In this document: piece by piece, positions 39,189 to 51,812 of the stretch
Layout of the letters: every line of letters starts with the position of its first letter
Position numbering within the stretch: the first letter of the stretch is position 1
Assembly: GCF_001194135.2 (NCBI RefSeq)
Contig: NC_068982.1
Span: forward strand, 1,389,569 to 1,453,343
Source: Octopus bimaculoides
Lineage: Eukaryota
Length of the DNA: 63,775 bases
Direction of reading: 5' to 3'
Made by a program: the position numbers and the translations under genes
Notes under the pieces: generated by a model
What the model saw: the letters and a program-made list of their open reading frames with translations, nothing else
Database searches by the model: none
What the model was told of the DNA's origin: nothing

Positions 39189-39267
39189 ATTGAAAAACAG
39201 CCGTCATAGCCAAAATTATAAGCATAGCCCTTGGTGTGGCGAGGCATGCTTGTCATCAACACCGCAA
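39189..39267 (-). CDS. Putative coding exon 2 (79 nt)
   Basis: Acceptor ataacttttcag, donor gtaaac. Only one frame is open: (V)AVLMTSMPRHTKGYAYNFGYDGCFS, which is the phase required by exon 1. Confidence 0.55.
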
Positions 39268-39364
39268 CTGAAAAGTTATTTTGAAGGGATTTATTAAAAC
39301 AGATTTCATTATAAAGTAGAAAATTCGCAGCAATGAATTTCATTATTTCCTTAGCTATACTTCC

Positions 39365-40178
39365 AGAAAGGTTTGAACTCCGTAGGATGGGGACATGTGA
39401 CATTGCAGCGTGTTGCTGCATCCGTCATTTGTTGGTTTTTGCTCAGGTTGTTCTTGCTACCACTTTGAGCAGTGTTCCAGTCAATCCTCAATCTCTGCGA
39501 GATACTTCCCCATCCTACCGTGACCATGTGTATTTGGTCGACCTAAACAATCGGTCACCCCAGCCAGATCCACCGAGAAAAACACACGATACGCCGGATC
39601 GAACTCGGAAAAATCGAGCAACCTAACCAAACAGTCTGAGCCGATGTCCCAAATCATGTAAGTAATAATAGGACGCATCCGTGTTTTTGAGTAGAGTCTT
39701 TGGTTGAATACAAAATCCGACAAATGGTAATCGGTAATCCTGTGAAGCGTCCTGGTATCAAAGGAGATCAGACGGTTCCTAATGGCCCGGACAATATAGA
39801 GCAGGACAAGGAGGACCAGTAACCTTAAGACCCGAACCTTTGTCCACCCGCACAAATTTCAGCTGCGCCAAACACCCAATGAGTCCACAAATACACTAGC
39901 ATTTCCAAGTCTTCTTAACACTTTGGACGCGCAGCTACAACTCTCACATTGATGAGGTAAGTGGAACGATCAACAATTTCGACATACTCACTTCTAACAA
40001 ACAAACGGAATGAAATCCTCCAGGAATCCAATGAAAGACTGGATCTTTGTCTTGATACAAGAAACTCTGAGGTCAAGCGGTTCCGCTTCCTCACTCAGAG
40101 AGCACTCCTTGAGACATCCGGAGATTGAAACAAAACTGGTGCATCAGCAAAATCCAGATCAAACGCAATTTCGTCCAT

Positions 40179-40180
<2 letters not shown>
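39365..40180 (-). mobile_element. RTE-clade LINE 3' fragment
   Basis: DLDFAD (40143-40160), KTKIQ, VEIVDR.TYL, TKVRV..LV..VLLY, DFVFNQRLY, GRP; RTE-like 3' end gatgcagcaacacgctgc. Confidence 0.8.
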
Positions 40181-40251
<71 letters not shown>

Positions 40252-40566
40252 NNNNNNNNNNNNNNNNNNNNNNNNNNNNNNNNNNNNNNNNNNNNNNNNN
40301 NNNNNNNNNNNNNNNNNNNNNNNNNNNNNNNNNNNNNNNNNNNNNNNNNNNNNNNNNNNNNNNNNNNNNNNNNNNNNNNNNNNNNNNNNNNNNNNNNNNN
40401 NNNNNNNNNNNNNNNNNNNNNNNNNNNNNNNNNNNNNNNNNNNNNNNNNNNNNNNNNNNNNNNNNNNNNNNNNNNNNNNNNNNNNNNNNNNNNNNNNNNN
40501 NNNNNNNNNNNNNNNNNNNNNNNNNNNNNNNNNNNNNNNNNNNNNNNNNNNNNNNNNNNNNNNNNN

Positions 40567-40604
<38 letters not shown>

Positions 40605-41434
40605 TGTGTATGTATTTATACACACATACACTTGTATATGTGTGTATATACATATATATGTATGCATTTTTGTATGTGCTTGTGTGTGTATCTATGTACT
40701 CGAAGAATTTAACTTCATTTCACTCAACCAAGTTTCATTTATATGGCATTACCTAAACATTCAGAATGTGGCGCTCAACGGAATGAAAACTGAAACTGCC
40801 TCCTTCAAATTGAGCATTTTACGCCAACGCACACACATACGCCCTCAGAAATAAGTAAAAGAGTTTAACAAATAATTGACAAGTTGTACGTTAGAAGTGA
40901 AAAGTAATCAATTATTTGAGTAAAGTTACTGCAATATTGGAATCGTTAATTGCATACGATATATTTACCACGTATATTCATATCATTTTGACAGTAGGTT
41001 AGTTACAACAACTTGATGGTGATTTAATGGGAACTTTTCGAAAAGTCAGTAACAGAAAATGGAAAAAGACAAATAGTGTGGCTTTTCCTTCGGTATATTT
41101 AAATGTTCCTGTCTAAAAATCGAAAACATAAATTTAAAGATAATCCCTTATGTTTGTGCAACGAATATACTATTTACAAATATTGGTGGTTTGGAAACGA
41201 ATACATATATATTGCTGCGCATTTAATTCAGGATTAAATTCGTATCAAAGCCTATCAACGTTCTTGTCATTCTAACACAAACTAATAGATTTACGAGTTC
41301 TTTATGTTTGAAGTAAAGTAATATCTCAATACCTATTAGCAGCATCGAAGTCTTTCAATGAGATCATTTAACGCTTTTTGCTACATTTTCTTATTGGGCT
41401 TAAGTCATGCTGTGACACAAACTTACGAGGCACG

Positions 41435-41489
<55 letters not shown>

Positions 41490-41652
41490 GCTCTCTCACA
41501 CACACATACATATCACGATCTACATACATATATATATGTTACACAACATACATCACAAACAAGTCTTACACATATACTGATTCTTAACGAGCACTCATAT
41601 ATATATGTATACATGTACATGCATATATGTCTATATACACACATGCACACAT

Positions 41653-41688
<36 letters not shown>

Positions 41689-41709
41689 CTCTCTCTCTCT
41701 CTCTATATA

Positions 41710-42050
41710 TACTAGACTACCCACGACCCGTTCAACGGAGAATTGCTTCGTTTTCTCTTCTTTTCCAGGTTATTTCGCATGTTTTCAACGAATTTGACAT
41801 CGAAATCACGCGTAAATGGCTCCTTTCCCCAGAAATGGAAAGATTTGGCTGCTATTTCTTGCACGCCCTGCTACTGCATAACAGGTATTTCGGGTCCTTT
41901 ATCGGAAATAGCTGTTACGTGGTAGCAGGGCGTGCTAGAAATAGCAGCAACATCTTTGGAGGTGAGATCCGTTGAATGCACTCGAAAAAAGCCTATGGTA
42001 AAAAAAAAAACTATTTCACACTGAGGTTACGAACGGGTCTTTTACGATAT
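41710..42050. mobile_element. Non-autonomous element with a central 44-bp-arm hairpin
   Basis: 41848-41891 versus 41905-41948 inverted; short gacccgttc subterminal inversion near both ends. Confidence 0.55.
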
Positions 42051-42779
42051 ATTTACCGTATTTTTAATGTCATTTTCACTTTAGAATATATTTTAAATGC
42101 CCCCCCACTCAATTTTTGAATTGTATTCACTTGAAAATAATTAAAAAAATAATTTAAAAAAATAATTTAAAATATTGTCTGTTCAAAGAAAGCTAAAATA
42201 TGAATACTTGCCGTACAAACAAATTACATTTTTGAAATTACATTCTCTGATAATGTTTTCTAAATAATGAAAATATTGTGTTTAAATAGAAACCTTTAAC
42301 GTAAAAAAGTCGTAGTATTTTTCGTTGTCAACTAGTGTGTCTAATAGAAAGATAAGAGTTTCTTCCTTTTCAGGATGAAGATTATTTTCGGAATATTTTC
42401 CAATTATGCGCCAGTTTGGCTGAGTAACATTGCAAGCAAGCAAGATTTAATCTGATTTTTAATAGTATGTATATATATATATACACACACACATACACAC
42501 ACATAATATATGCATATATATATATATATATNNNNNNNNNNNNNNNNNNNNNNNNNNTGAATACATTGAATATATGTATATATATGAATATATATATGTA
42601 TGTATGCATGTATATACAAAACCCTTTTGAATCAACAGCACATGGAAATAATGTCTCCACACTATCCATTTGTAATAACAAAATATGAACTCCTATGAGA
42701 ATTTACCTACCCTGAACAAGAAACCTCTCTGCCCATTCTACACACCACTTTCCTTGGATAATGAAAGTGCAACTGTAAC

Positions 42780-43160
42780 ATCCAAAAGTTAATTTTATTT
42801 TCATTCTCTTATTTCCCTTTGGATTTGGTTTGCAAGATTTTTTATGTCAGTTCGTGTGTTGAAGCATGTTCTGTTGTCTCTGGGGAGAGTCATTCTCTTT
42901 TAGTGCCTTATAATTTAACATACTCACCGGTAAAATTTCCACTTATTTATTATTTATTTTCCTAAAATTTCCGTTGCTTCTTGCAACCTTTTCAATAGTT
43001 TTGACGCTTACATTGAACTCTAATATTTCCCTCTATTTAACTCTCTCGTATCGTCTCTGATGAAGGGATATTCCTCATATCCCACAAACAGCTATAAGAC
43101 TACCTTTCTCTCTGTAAATATCTTAGAAATTTCACACTGCCTTGGATTTGTCTCATTTTA
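42780..43160. mobile_element. Probable Penelope-like terminal repeat
   Basis: Homologous to 8160-8240 (minus-strand MTLPRDNRTCFNTRTDIKNLANQIQK versus MALPKRNKISFNARIHIKNLANQMQK) and carries a hammerhead relic. Confidence 0.6.
43053..43100 (+). ncRNA. Inactivated type-I hammerhead motif
   Basis: GUCU-CUGAUGA-A-GGGAUA/UAUCCC-A-cAAA-CAGCUa-U-A-AGAC; G12 mutated and palindrome broken. Confidence 0.6.
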
Positions 43161-43232
43161 TTTAACACATACACACACGCACACACAAATATATATATAN
43201 NNNNNNNNNNNNNNNNNNNNNNNNNNNNNNNN

Positions 43233-43260
43233 CGAATATCTTGGCCACATAACTGGTCAT
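43233..43260 (-). CDS. Putative first coding exon (MTSYVAKIF + G)
   Basis: ATG ACC AGT TAT GTG GCC AAG ATA TTC G ends at a small gap. The donor is not visible. An upstream in-frame ATG lies at 43353. Confidence 0.45.
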
Positions 43261-43490
43261 AGTGTCTCTCTTAATCTCAGTTGGCCGGAACTGAAAAAGT
43301 TCCAGATCGAAATCTTGAAAACCACCTCTGGCACGTACTTTCCGTAAAAGCATCTACTCTTTAAACAACACATATCTTTCTGAAAGTTTCTGGCACCGTT
43401 TTGCCTTTTAGTAAAATAAAATAAAGCAAGAGGTGTCGATACGGTTTGTATTGGTTCGCTATTTTCAGGTTGATCCCAAACACACAAAAT

Positions 43491-43562
43491 ACTTCCTGTT
43501 TCATGGCAAGTTCGTGTGGAAATACGTTGAAATATTAAGTGATTAAAGGGTGCGCATGCGCA
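43491..43562 (-). promoter_or_regulatory. Candidate promoter: ETS motif and NRF1-type palindrome
   Basis: acttcctgt (43491-43499) and perfect palindrome tgcgcatgcgca (43551-43562), 140-300 bp upstream of the putative start codons. Confidence 0.4.
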
Positions 43563-44289
43563 AGGGATAGACTGAAGTTAGCTACGTATTAGAGTGCTTG
43601 ATGTCTAATGCTGACAAAATCCAAAGAGAGTCTTCAGTAAGTTCAATATTTACCCGTATTGAAGAGTAGGGTACCGTAATCTACGTGTGTTGTCTCATTT
43701 CATTCTGTTGATTTTAGAGAATGGCTTCACCCACAAAGTTCTTTGTTTCTCTTGTCTGTAGTTGGTTAGTGAATATTGGAAAAAGACTGAAGAAAAACTG
43801 TCATTTTTGTTGTTACCCAAATGTATCAATGATTTACGTTAATGTAAAAACAACAACAGAAACAAAAAATTTCCGGAGACATATTTTAAGGTGTAATTGG
43901 TTTCAGCTTTAGAAATTAGCAGAGCTTCATAAAATAAGAAATGATTGACAAGTAAAGTTTCACTGTTCGTTGCAATTTGTAGGTAAATAACTGCTACTCT
44001 GTTTATTCGAAAGCTACAAGTTTCCTATTTAACAAAAGGAAAATGGTTTTGAAAACGTATATGCCGTTTCATAGGTATCATTTTAAAATTTAAGAGAAAA
44101 AAATTGGTGTTTCTATTGTTTGGTTTTTGTCAGTGTTATATTGTCTGGCTTCGGTCTGCAAGACATGAACAAGAAACAAATCTGAATCCGGATCACGTCT
44201 TTAAAAATATTGCAGATACTTGTCGAAGACTACCAGTGGTAACGTGTGGAAGGTCGTATTTTGCTTTTGCTAATTTTTATAATCTTTCC

Positions 44290-44432
44290 GGGCGCAGACC
44301 TGGCTGTGTGGTAAGAAGCATGCTTCTCAACCACATGATTCCGGGTTAAGTCTTCTACTAAAGCCTCGGGCCGACCAAAGCCTTGTGAGTCGATTTCGTA
44401 ACGGAAACTGAAAGAAGCCCGTCACACACACA

Positions 44433-44516
<84 letters not shown>

Positions 44517-44760
44517 TGTGTGTGTGTATTTGTTTGTTTGTGTTTGTGTTTGTTATTCCCCCATCCCATTGCTTGAGAACCGCTGCTGATATGTCTACGT
44601 CCCTGTAACCTCGTGCCTCGGCAAAAGTGACCGATAGAATAAATACCAGGCTTAGAAATATTGATATAAGAACTGGGGGTCGATTCATTCGACTAAAATT
44701 TCTTCAAGTCGGTGCCTCAGCATGGCCGCAGTCTAACGACTAAAACAAGTAAATGGTAAA
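44290..44760 (+). mobile_element. Bipartite SINE family C with internal (CA)/(GT) microsatellite
   Basis: tggctgtgtggtaag head, gcctcgggccgaccaaagccttgtgag..aaagaagcccgtc, right half gggtcgattcattcgact..catggccgcagtc. Confidence 0.85.
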
Positions 44761-45157
44761 CGGTTCCTATAAAAGGAAGTAATGATCTGTTTCCAAAAAT
44801 CTTATCAACATCACTGATCTTAAACGAGTGAATTAAATGTATAAATTCGTATACGAAATACGTACTAAATATGGATGCATCTATATTTTCCATCATTGGA
44901 ATCTGCTTTTCAATTGGTGTAACGCCTCTAATTTCAAATACCTAAATATAGGTTGTATGATTTAAACGTAATTAGATGTGATTCATCCTCAAAACCATGG
45001 CGGTACACAAGTTTAATATCTTCGGAGCCGGATGACATATTGACCTTTAGGTGAATATCCTACACCAATAGCAAGCATTACCTTATTTCTCTTTACATGG
45101 TAGGAATATCATTTGTATATTTTATTAAAATATTTCAATCATGACATTAACACTCAA

Positions 45158-45200
<43 letters not shown>

Positions 45201-45715
45201 NNNNNNNNNNNNNNNNNNNNNNNNNNNNNNNNNNNNNNNNNNNNNNNNNNNNNNNNNNNNNNNNNNNNNNNNNNNNNNNNNNNNNNNNNNNNNNNNNNNN
45301 NNNNNNNNNNNNNNNNNNNNNNNNNNNNNNNNNNNNNNNNNNNNNNNNNNNNNNNNNNNNNNNNNNNNNNNNNNNNNNNNNNNNNNNNNNNNNNNNNNNN
45401 NNNNNNNNNNNNNNNNNNNNNNNNNNNNNNNNNNNNNNNNNNNNNNNNNNNNNNNNNNNNNNNNNNNNNNNNNNNNNNNNNNNNNNNNNNNNNNNNNNNN
45501 NNNNNNNNNNNNNNNNNNNNNNNNNNNNNNNNNNNNNNNNNNNNNNNNNNNNNNNNNNNNNNNNNNNNNNNNNNNNNNNNNNNNNNNNNNNNNNNNNNNN
45601 NNNNNNNNNNNNNNNNNNNNNNNNNNNNNNNNNNNNNNNNNNNNNNNNNNNNNNNNNNNNNNNNNNNNNNNNNNNNNNNNNNNNNNNNNNNNNNNNNNNN
45701 NNNNNNNNNNNNNNN

Positions 45716-45751
<36 letters not shown>

Positions 45752-46809
45752 CTTTCATTTGAATTCATATATAAATACTTTCATAGCGATTTGATGGGTT
45801 CACTTTTGTATTTGTTTCCTTTCTTCGTCTATAAAAAACTGTTTTACACATTTAGCTTCAAGTGCATTCATACTACTGATATTTGTGAACAAGTTTGTAG
45901 ATCACGTTTTTAGGTGGTGGTTAGTACGTGTTGGAAACATATCTAAACTGTGTCGCATTGCTTATGGTTTTTGTTTTTTAGTTTATTACAGTAATGTGAT
46001 TTTAATGACAGTACGAAACTAATAATGAATTCTGCTAAGATAAAATTGTTTTCATGCACACCGTCAAATACCGTACCGTAAGAAGAAGTTTATAAAACTG
46101 ATATATAGGTCACATGCTTCAGGGACGGCCTTAGTCTCTTCCTAAAGACAAATGCATGAAACGGAATTTATAAATTTTTAATTAAATGTAAAATAAAATT
46201 TCTGTGTCAATTACAAAGTATTGTTGTCAGGTGACTTTAAAAGAAAACTCAATTAGGGCAAGTATTTCAAATTTCTTCGAGAACCAACTTACAATATCTT
46301 CAAAATTCTCTGATGCAACGACATTCTTGAAACTTAGGTCTTTGACTTGCCGCCTATACGTTACCTTCTTGATTTATGCCAGAATAAATTTGCTTTTTAG
46401 AACTCTTACCTCTCTATATTTTGGTTTTATCTGGAATGATTGTAGATGTACGGTTTAGAGAAGTGTTCTTCGTCTTGCTGGAAGCTTAGCGCCCAACGGA
46501 AATTGAATATATTATGATATTATATCAAACACAGATATGAAAATACAAGCATGTAATAAATTTTTGTCTTAGATATTAAAACATCGATTGACCTGATACT
46601 TATATCAATTTACAAAGTAGCGACAATGAAGCTAATTGATTTAGGAGGTGTGATTGATCTCACTGTTGATAGAGAAGTAAATTGTTACAATAAACCGTAT
46701 AATCAGAGATAACCCTGCGAAAAAATTGCAGAAGATATCACCGTTGTGAGACTAGTTTCATTCAGGATAACAATCCAGTTATCAGAGAAATATTTTCCAC
46801 GTATATATA

Positions 46810-47168
46810 AGTGGTTGTATGGTAAGAAGTTTGCTTCCTAACCACGTGGTTCTGGGTTCAGTCCCACTGCGTGGCAACTTGACCAAGAGTGTTTTACTAT
46901 GGCCTCGGACCAACCTAACGCTTGTGAATGAATTTGGAAGACCGAAACTGAAAGAAGCCCGTCGTATACATATTTACATATATATGTGTGCATGACGACC
47001 GGTATTGATGTGTTTATGTTCCCGCAACTAAGCGCTTCGGCAAAATATACTGATAGAATAAGTATCAGGCTTTAAAAAAAGTGCCGGGGTCGATTCGTTC
47101 GACTAAAGTTGTTGAAAGTGGTACCCCAGCATGGCCGTCGTCTAATGACTGAAGCAAGAAGTAAAAGA
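46810..47168 (+). mobile_element. Bipartite SINE family C (diverged)
   Basis: Same module order as 44290-44760; B-box gggttcagtccc. Confidence 0.85.
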
Positions 47169-47904
47169 ACATATGATGAATATCAGATAAAACTCAGAAA
47201 CCACAAAAATGTATGAAACCAATTCTAAGGCAAAACACGTCATATTTTAATACTACAACATATCCACACACATCGTTTGTTGGTAGATACATTAGTAAAA
47301 TTTGAAGTGTTACATGAAACTGATCTACTTGATGCGGGAAAGACGACGTGTAATGAAACAGCATTTCATTAGTTTAAAATATCGAATTCTAATTCATATC
47401 GGAATAATATTTGTTTAGACACAGTGTGCCATGTTATTTTTCATTACAAAACCGTATATCTTACGATGATGACTGACAAACAAGAAGTAAATTGCCGGAA
47501 TAACTATAAGTTCGGTGTTAACCTTAAGATAACAGCTTACAGTTGATCGTTTGTAAATTCTCCTGTAACAAACCAAGTAATATTTATCTCTGCTTACGCT
47601 CGAATGCAAACATGGGAAAATACAGAAAGTAACATTTGGACGCTTTTTTTTCCAAGATGAGTTATGTTTAAGGTATCTTATTATTCTAAAAGAATACCAA
47701 AAATAACAATAAAAATGATTACCTTATGCATCGACAACGGGATAAAACTGAGTAATTTTAGAATAATTCACATTTATTTATTGAATAATATATATAAATT
47801 TAGATATCTTTTTAGACTTTAGAATGTGAAATGCTCCCAATCGGTAATTAAGTCTGCCAGTGATCAAACCAACTACATTTGTCAGTCTATTTAATATATG
47901 ATGG

Positions 47905-48600
47905 TTCCAGGACTAAAATATCTTGTCACGGTAGATTTCCAAAGATAGTGGCAGAAAATAGTAATAGTAAGACATGGTTGTGGTTGCAGAAGGAAGGCTG
48001 AAAAGAAAAACACAAAATTTGTTAGTAGTATCACATGATCAGGCATTGAGGACTAATTCGATAGAAGCCAAGGTAGACAAAAATTAAATAGATTTCCAAT
48101 GTAGGCTGTGTAAATCAAAAGAGGAAAGTGTTACTCACATAGTTAGTGAATGTAGTACGCTAGTACAGAAAGAATACGGGGGAAAATTATGACAATCTAG
48201 GGAGAATACTCCACAAAGAGTCATGTAGAAAGCTAAGACTTGATTATACTGGCAAGTGATATGAATATGAATGTAATAAAGTGCTAGAAAGTAAGAGATA
48301 AAAGATGTGAGCTTTTAACATTTAGAGTGGCAGAGTAATAGAAGCTAGAAATTCGGATTTAGTAGTAGTAGACAAGGAGAATAAAAAGTGCCAATGATGA
48401 GAAAGTCAATATGAGAGGTTTAGAGAAAATAGCAAAGTAGCAAATGCTAGCCATTGAGTTACAAAGACTATGGAAAGTGTGAGTAAAATGTATCCCTATA
48501 GTTATAAGTGGATTATGAACTATTCCAAAAGATTTGAACAGATGGATAAATGATTTCGTACTCTCTGTACGAATGTAAAATGGACTTTAAAATACTGGAG
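47905..48600 (+). mobile_element. Old R4/Dong-like 3' fragment
   Basis: HDQALRTN, CRLCKSKEESVTHIVSEC (48100-48153), DLVVVDKENKKC, ELQRLWKV; many stops. Confidence 0.8.
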
Positions 48601-49415
48601 GATATTGTTGTTATGTATCGATATGTGCTTTCATTTAGGTTAAAAACCGTAATTATTGAAGATGTAAAGCAAATATTGATATCCTGTTTGAGTAACCATT
48701 TTTGTAATGTGTGTATGATATTATTAGGGTGACAAAATGACAGATGTATTAATGTGCTATACCGAAAGCCTTGATCTTTTACTTCCTATATGTTCACATT
48801 ATGCCATCCATTACTGTTATGGTCATCTTCACTTTATTTTAATTTCAGAGTCAGTGAAATAATCATTAGTCATATAATATGGCTGTAACCAAACAAGTGC
48901 AAATATATGTTGTTGTGAGAAAGTTTGGTATTGCTTAATATATTGTGGATAATATTCGATATCTGTTGCTTTGGTGACATAACTTTTGTTTTGGTCTGAC
49001 ATTTCAACTTCCATTTAGTTTGTTGTATTTTTATATGTGACTATAAATTAAGTAGATTAACCAAAATATTGCATTTAGTCTTCTCATTACACAGTTGACT
49101 CCGAAACTAACCTAATGAAATTAGAGCATATTCAACCTTCACCCAGTTGTGAAGTTTATGTTAATTTGCACTTGGATTTGGAAACCAACAGCTGTTTACT
49201 CTAACCAATCATTCTCCGATTATAGTTCATACTTGGTGAATATTCAATGGAATTCAAGGCTAATTTTTTGCTGTAAATTCTATACATGTTGTGATGATGT
49301 TATACAACTAAGGAAATATTTGAGAATAGATTTTTTATATATTTAGCTTTCTTTTGAATAACGTATTATGATGATATATTTATATCAAAGATATTTAAAA
49401 AAATGGCACACTGTT

Positions 49416-49416
49416 G

Positions 49417-49471
<55 letters not shown>

Positions 49472-49592
49472 CGTCTATAACTCTGTCTATATGTTTGTCT
49501 GCCTGGTTGTCTGCCTGTTTGTCTGTCTGTATGTATGTGTGCGTGTGTATGCATACGTGTGCGTGTATGTGTGTGTACATGTGTGTGTGTGT
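49416..49592. repeat. (ATCT)n grading into (GT)n
   Basis: Directly visible. Similar (ATCT)n tracts at about 28499-28556 and 29096-29168. Confidence 0.9.
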
Positions 49593-51590
49593 ATGAAATT
49601 CCACAATAAGGATTTCACAGTTATTGTTCAGTGTATTGCTTAAAAGAATTTAATGCATGCTACTTTAAGAATTATTGTTTGCTTGGATAAAGAATTATAT
49701 TTTGTTTGGATAATGTCGTATACAGGAAAATTGATTTTTTTGAAGTGTATGTACTTACAGATCACATTTGTAATGAACCACTCCAGAAGCCTGACTCATG
49801 CACATAAATAATGCATTCTGTCGCCTATATCAAGTTTGGCATAAACAACAATACCAATTTTTTCGAGGAGCTTTCAGTGTGCGAAGCTAAAATCTGTTAT
49901 TAAGCTATTTCACCACGTGTAATATATTAACAGTGGTTTTTAAGATGCAAACGGGATTACTAGAGTCTGCTCTATTTCCAGTATCATTGTTCAATATAAA
50001 TGTGTGAACACCTACAAATTTTCTTCTTTAAGTAAAATGTCTTCCACATTTATATTTGTATTCATGATATATTCTTTCAAGGAAGGCCAAACTTGAAAGT
50101 ATAGTAACCTTTCTCTTTGGCCGTTTGGTGAAAACAGCATCCTTCCTTATTTAACCTAATGGATAAGCTGATGGAAGGACTAAAGTATATGTGATGAATG
50201 CGAGTACTTGGGTTCATCTCCATTAAGAGGAAATGTTTGCGACAAAATATAGTTTACCATAAATATGAATGCAAGAGGCAAAAGAAGAGCCATATTGATA
50301 CAAACTCAGCAATGTCATGATACTGATAGCCATAGAAAACAAATACTGCATGCTAAACATATATCTTAATCCATAAGCATACAGTATACGTGTATTAGTG
50401 AAAGATAATGGAAACACAGTTTCAGTTTAACTGTTTCAATAACGAAGAAACGAAACAACAAACATTTACCAAACATAAAGAATAATAAAGATAATAAAGA
50501 ATACTAGACATAAAGAAACATAAAAAATAATGTGCAGCCAAAAAGTTCTGAGAGTGCAAATTTAAGTACGTGCAATTCTACTTCTCGTTCTAAAGTTCTA
50601 AGAAAAAGGAAAACTCAATCATCTCATCTTTTAGTATACAGAAGCATCGAACACACTCGAAGAAATAGGTTTTAATGAATGATGAAGGAAATCTTCTGCA
50701 TAGAAACTAAAGATGTGACACAAATGAAATAACGTCCGATTGAAATCATTTCAGTTTACTTGTGGCCGTCATTGTATGCGTGTCGTAATGGGGAATTACG
50801 AAGAAGGTGAAATGAAATATAGCAGCTACGAAGGTATGATTTTGATTGACGAAATTCGATAGCAAATGAAATATTATGGTCAACGATGTATTATATTAGC
50901 ATCTTTATACTAAGATGTATTCAAGTAATATAAACCAGGTAGCGATTTATGAATTATTCATGAATTTTCATGTCAACCTCAGATTTAAAAAATGTCATTT
51001 TATACCTAAATCAAAATCAAAATCAAGGCTTTATTTTATAGTGATATTCACTACCTTCTTTAATCGTGCAACAAGCTCTTACTCTAAAGCAATCGCATTT
51101 GCAGTTTAAGTGTAAATTATGCATCTTTTTTTATTTTTGTATATTATTTTCGTTTTGAGTAAGGCGTAGTTAATGATTGTCTTGAAAAAAAAAAAAGGGA
51201 AACAGAGGAAAGGAAAATTTGAAGTTCGTGAGTTTTGCTTTCAGCCAAAAAGAAGGCAATTAGCTTCAGCAGAGGAATATATGTCGTCAACGTGTCGGTT
51301 GGTATGAAGAAAAGTCGGTTAAATAGAGAAATATTTCAACAAATTTTATAACTAATGAAAAATGTCGTGTTGGATGCCTATCCAAAAAACTTGTCCAATA
51401 CACGCATGCGGAAAAACATATTTGGCAGTTTTACTAAATAGGATAATCGTTTTGATGCAGTTTGAGCGAGTCCCCCTGTTAATTTCGTTGATACTTTATA
51501 TCTACGTATCCCATTCCTCAAAATGTTTGATTATAATTGAACACTTATTAATTATGTATAATTTCCTTTGTCATTAGTAGTGCGCTTCAG

Positions 51591-51812
51591 GGCGGCGAGC
51601 TGATAGAATCGTGTTATCATGCCGGGCAAAATGCTTATCGGCCTTTCGTCCGTTTTCACGCCCTGAGTTCAAACTCCGCTCAGGTCGACTTCATCTTTCA
51701 TCCTTTTGGGGTCGATAAAATAAGTACCAATTAAACACGGGTCGACGTAATCGACTTAACCCCGCTCCCCCGAAATTGTTGGTCTTGTGTCAATATTTGT
51801 AAGCAATAATAA
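51591..51812 (+). mobile_element. SINE family B
   Basis: ggcggcgagctg head; tttcatccttttggggtcgataaaataagtacc centre. Confidence 0.85.
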
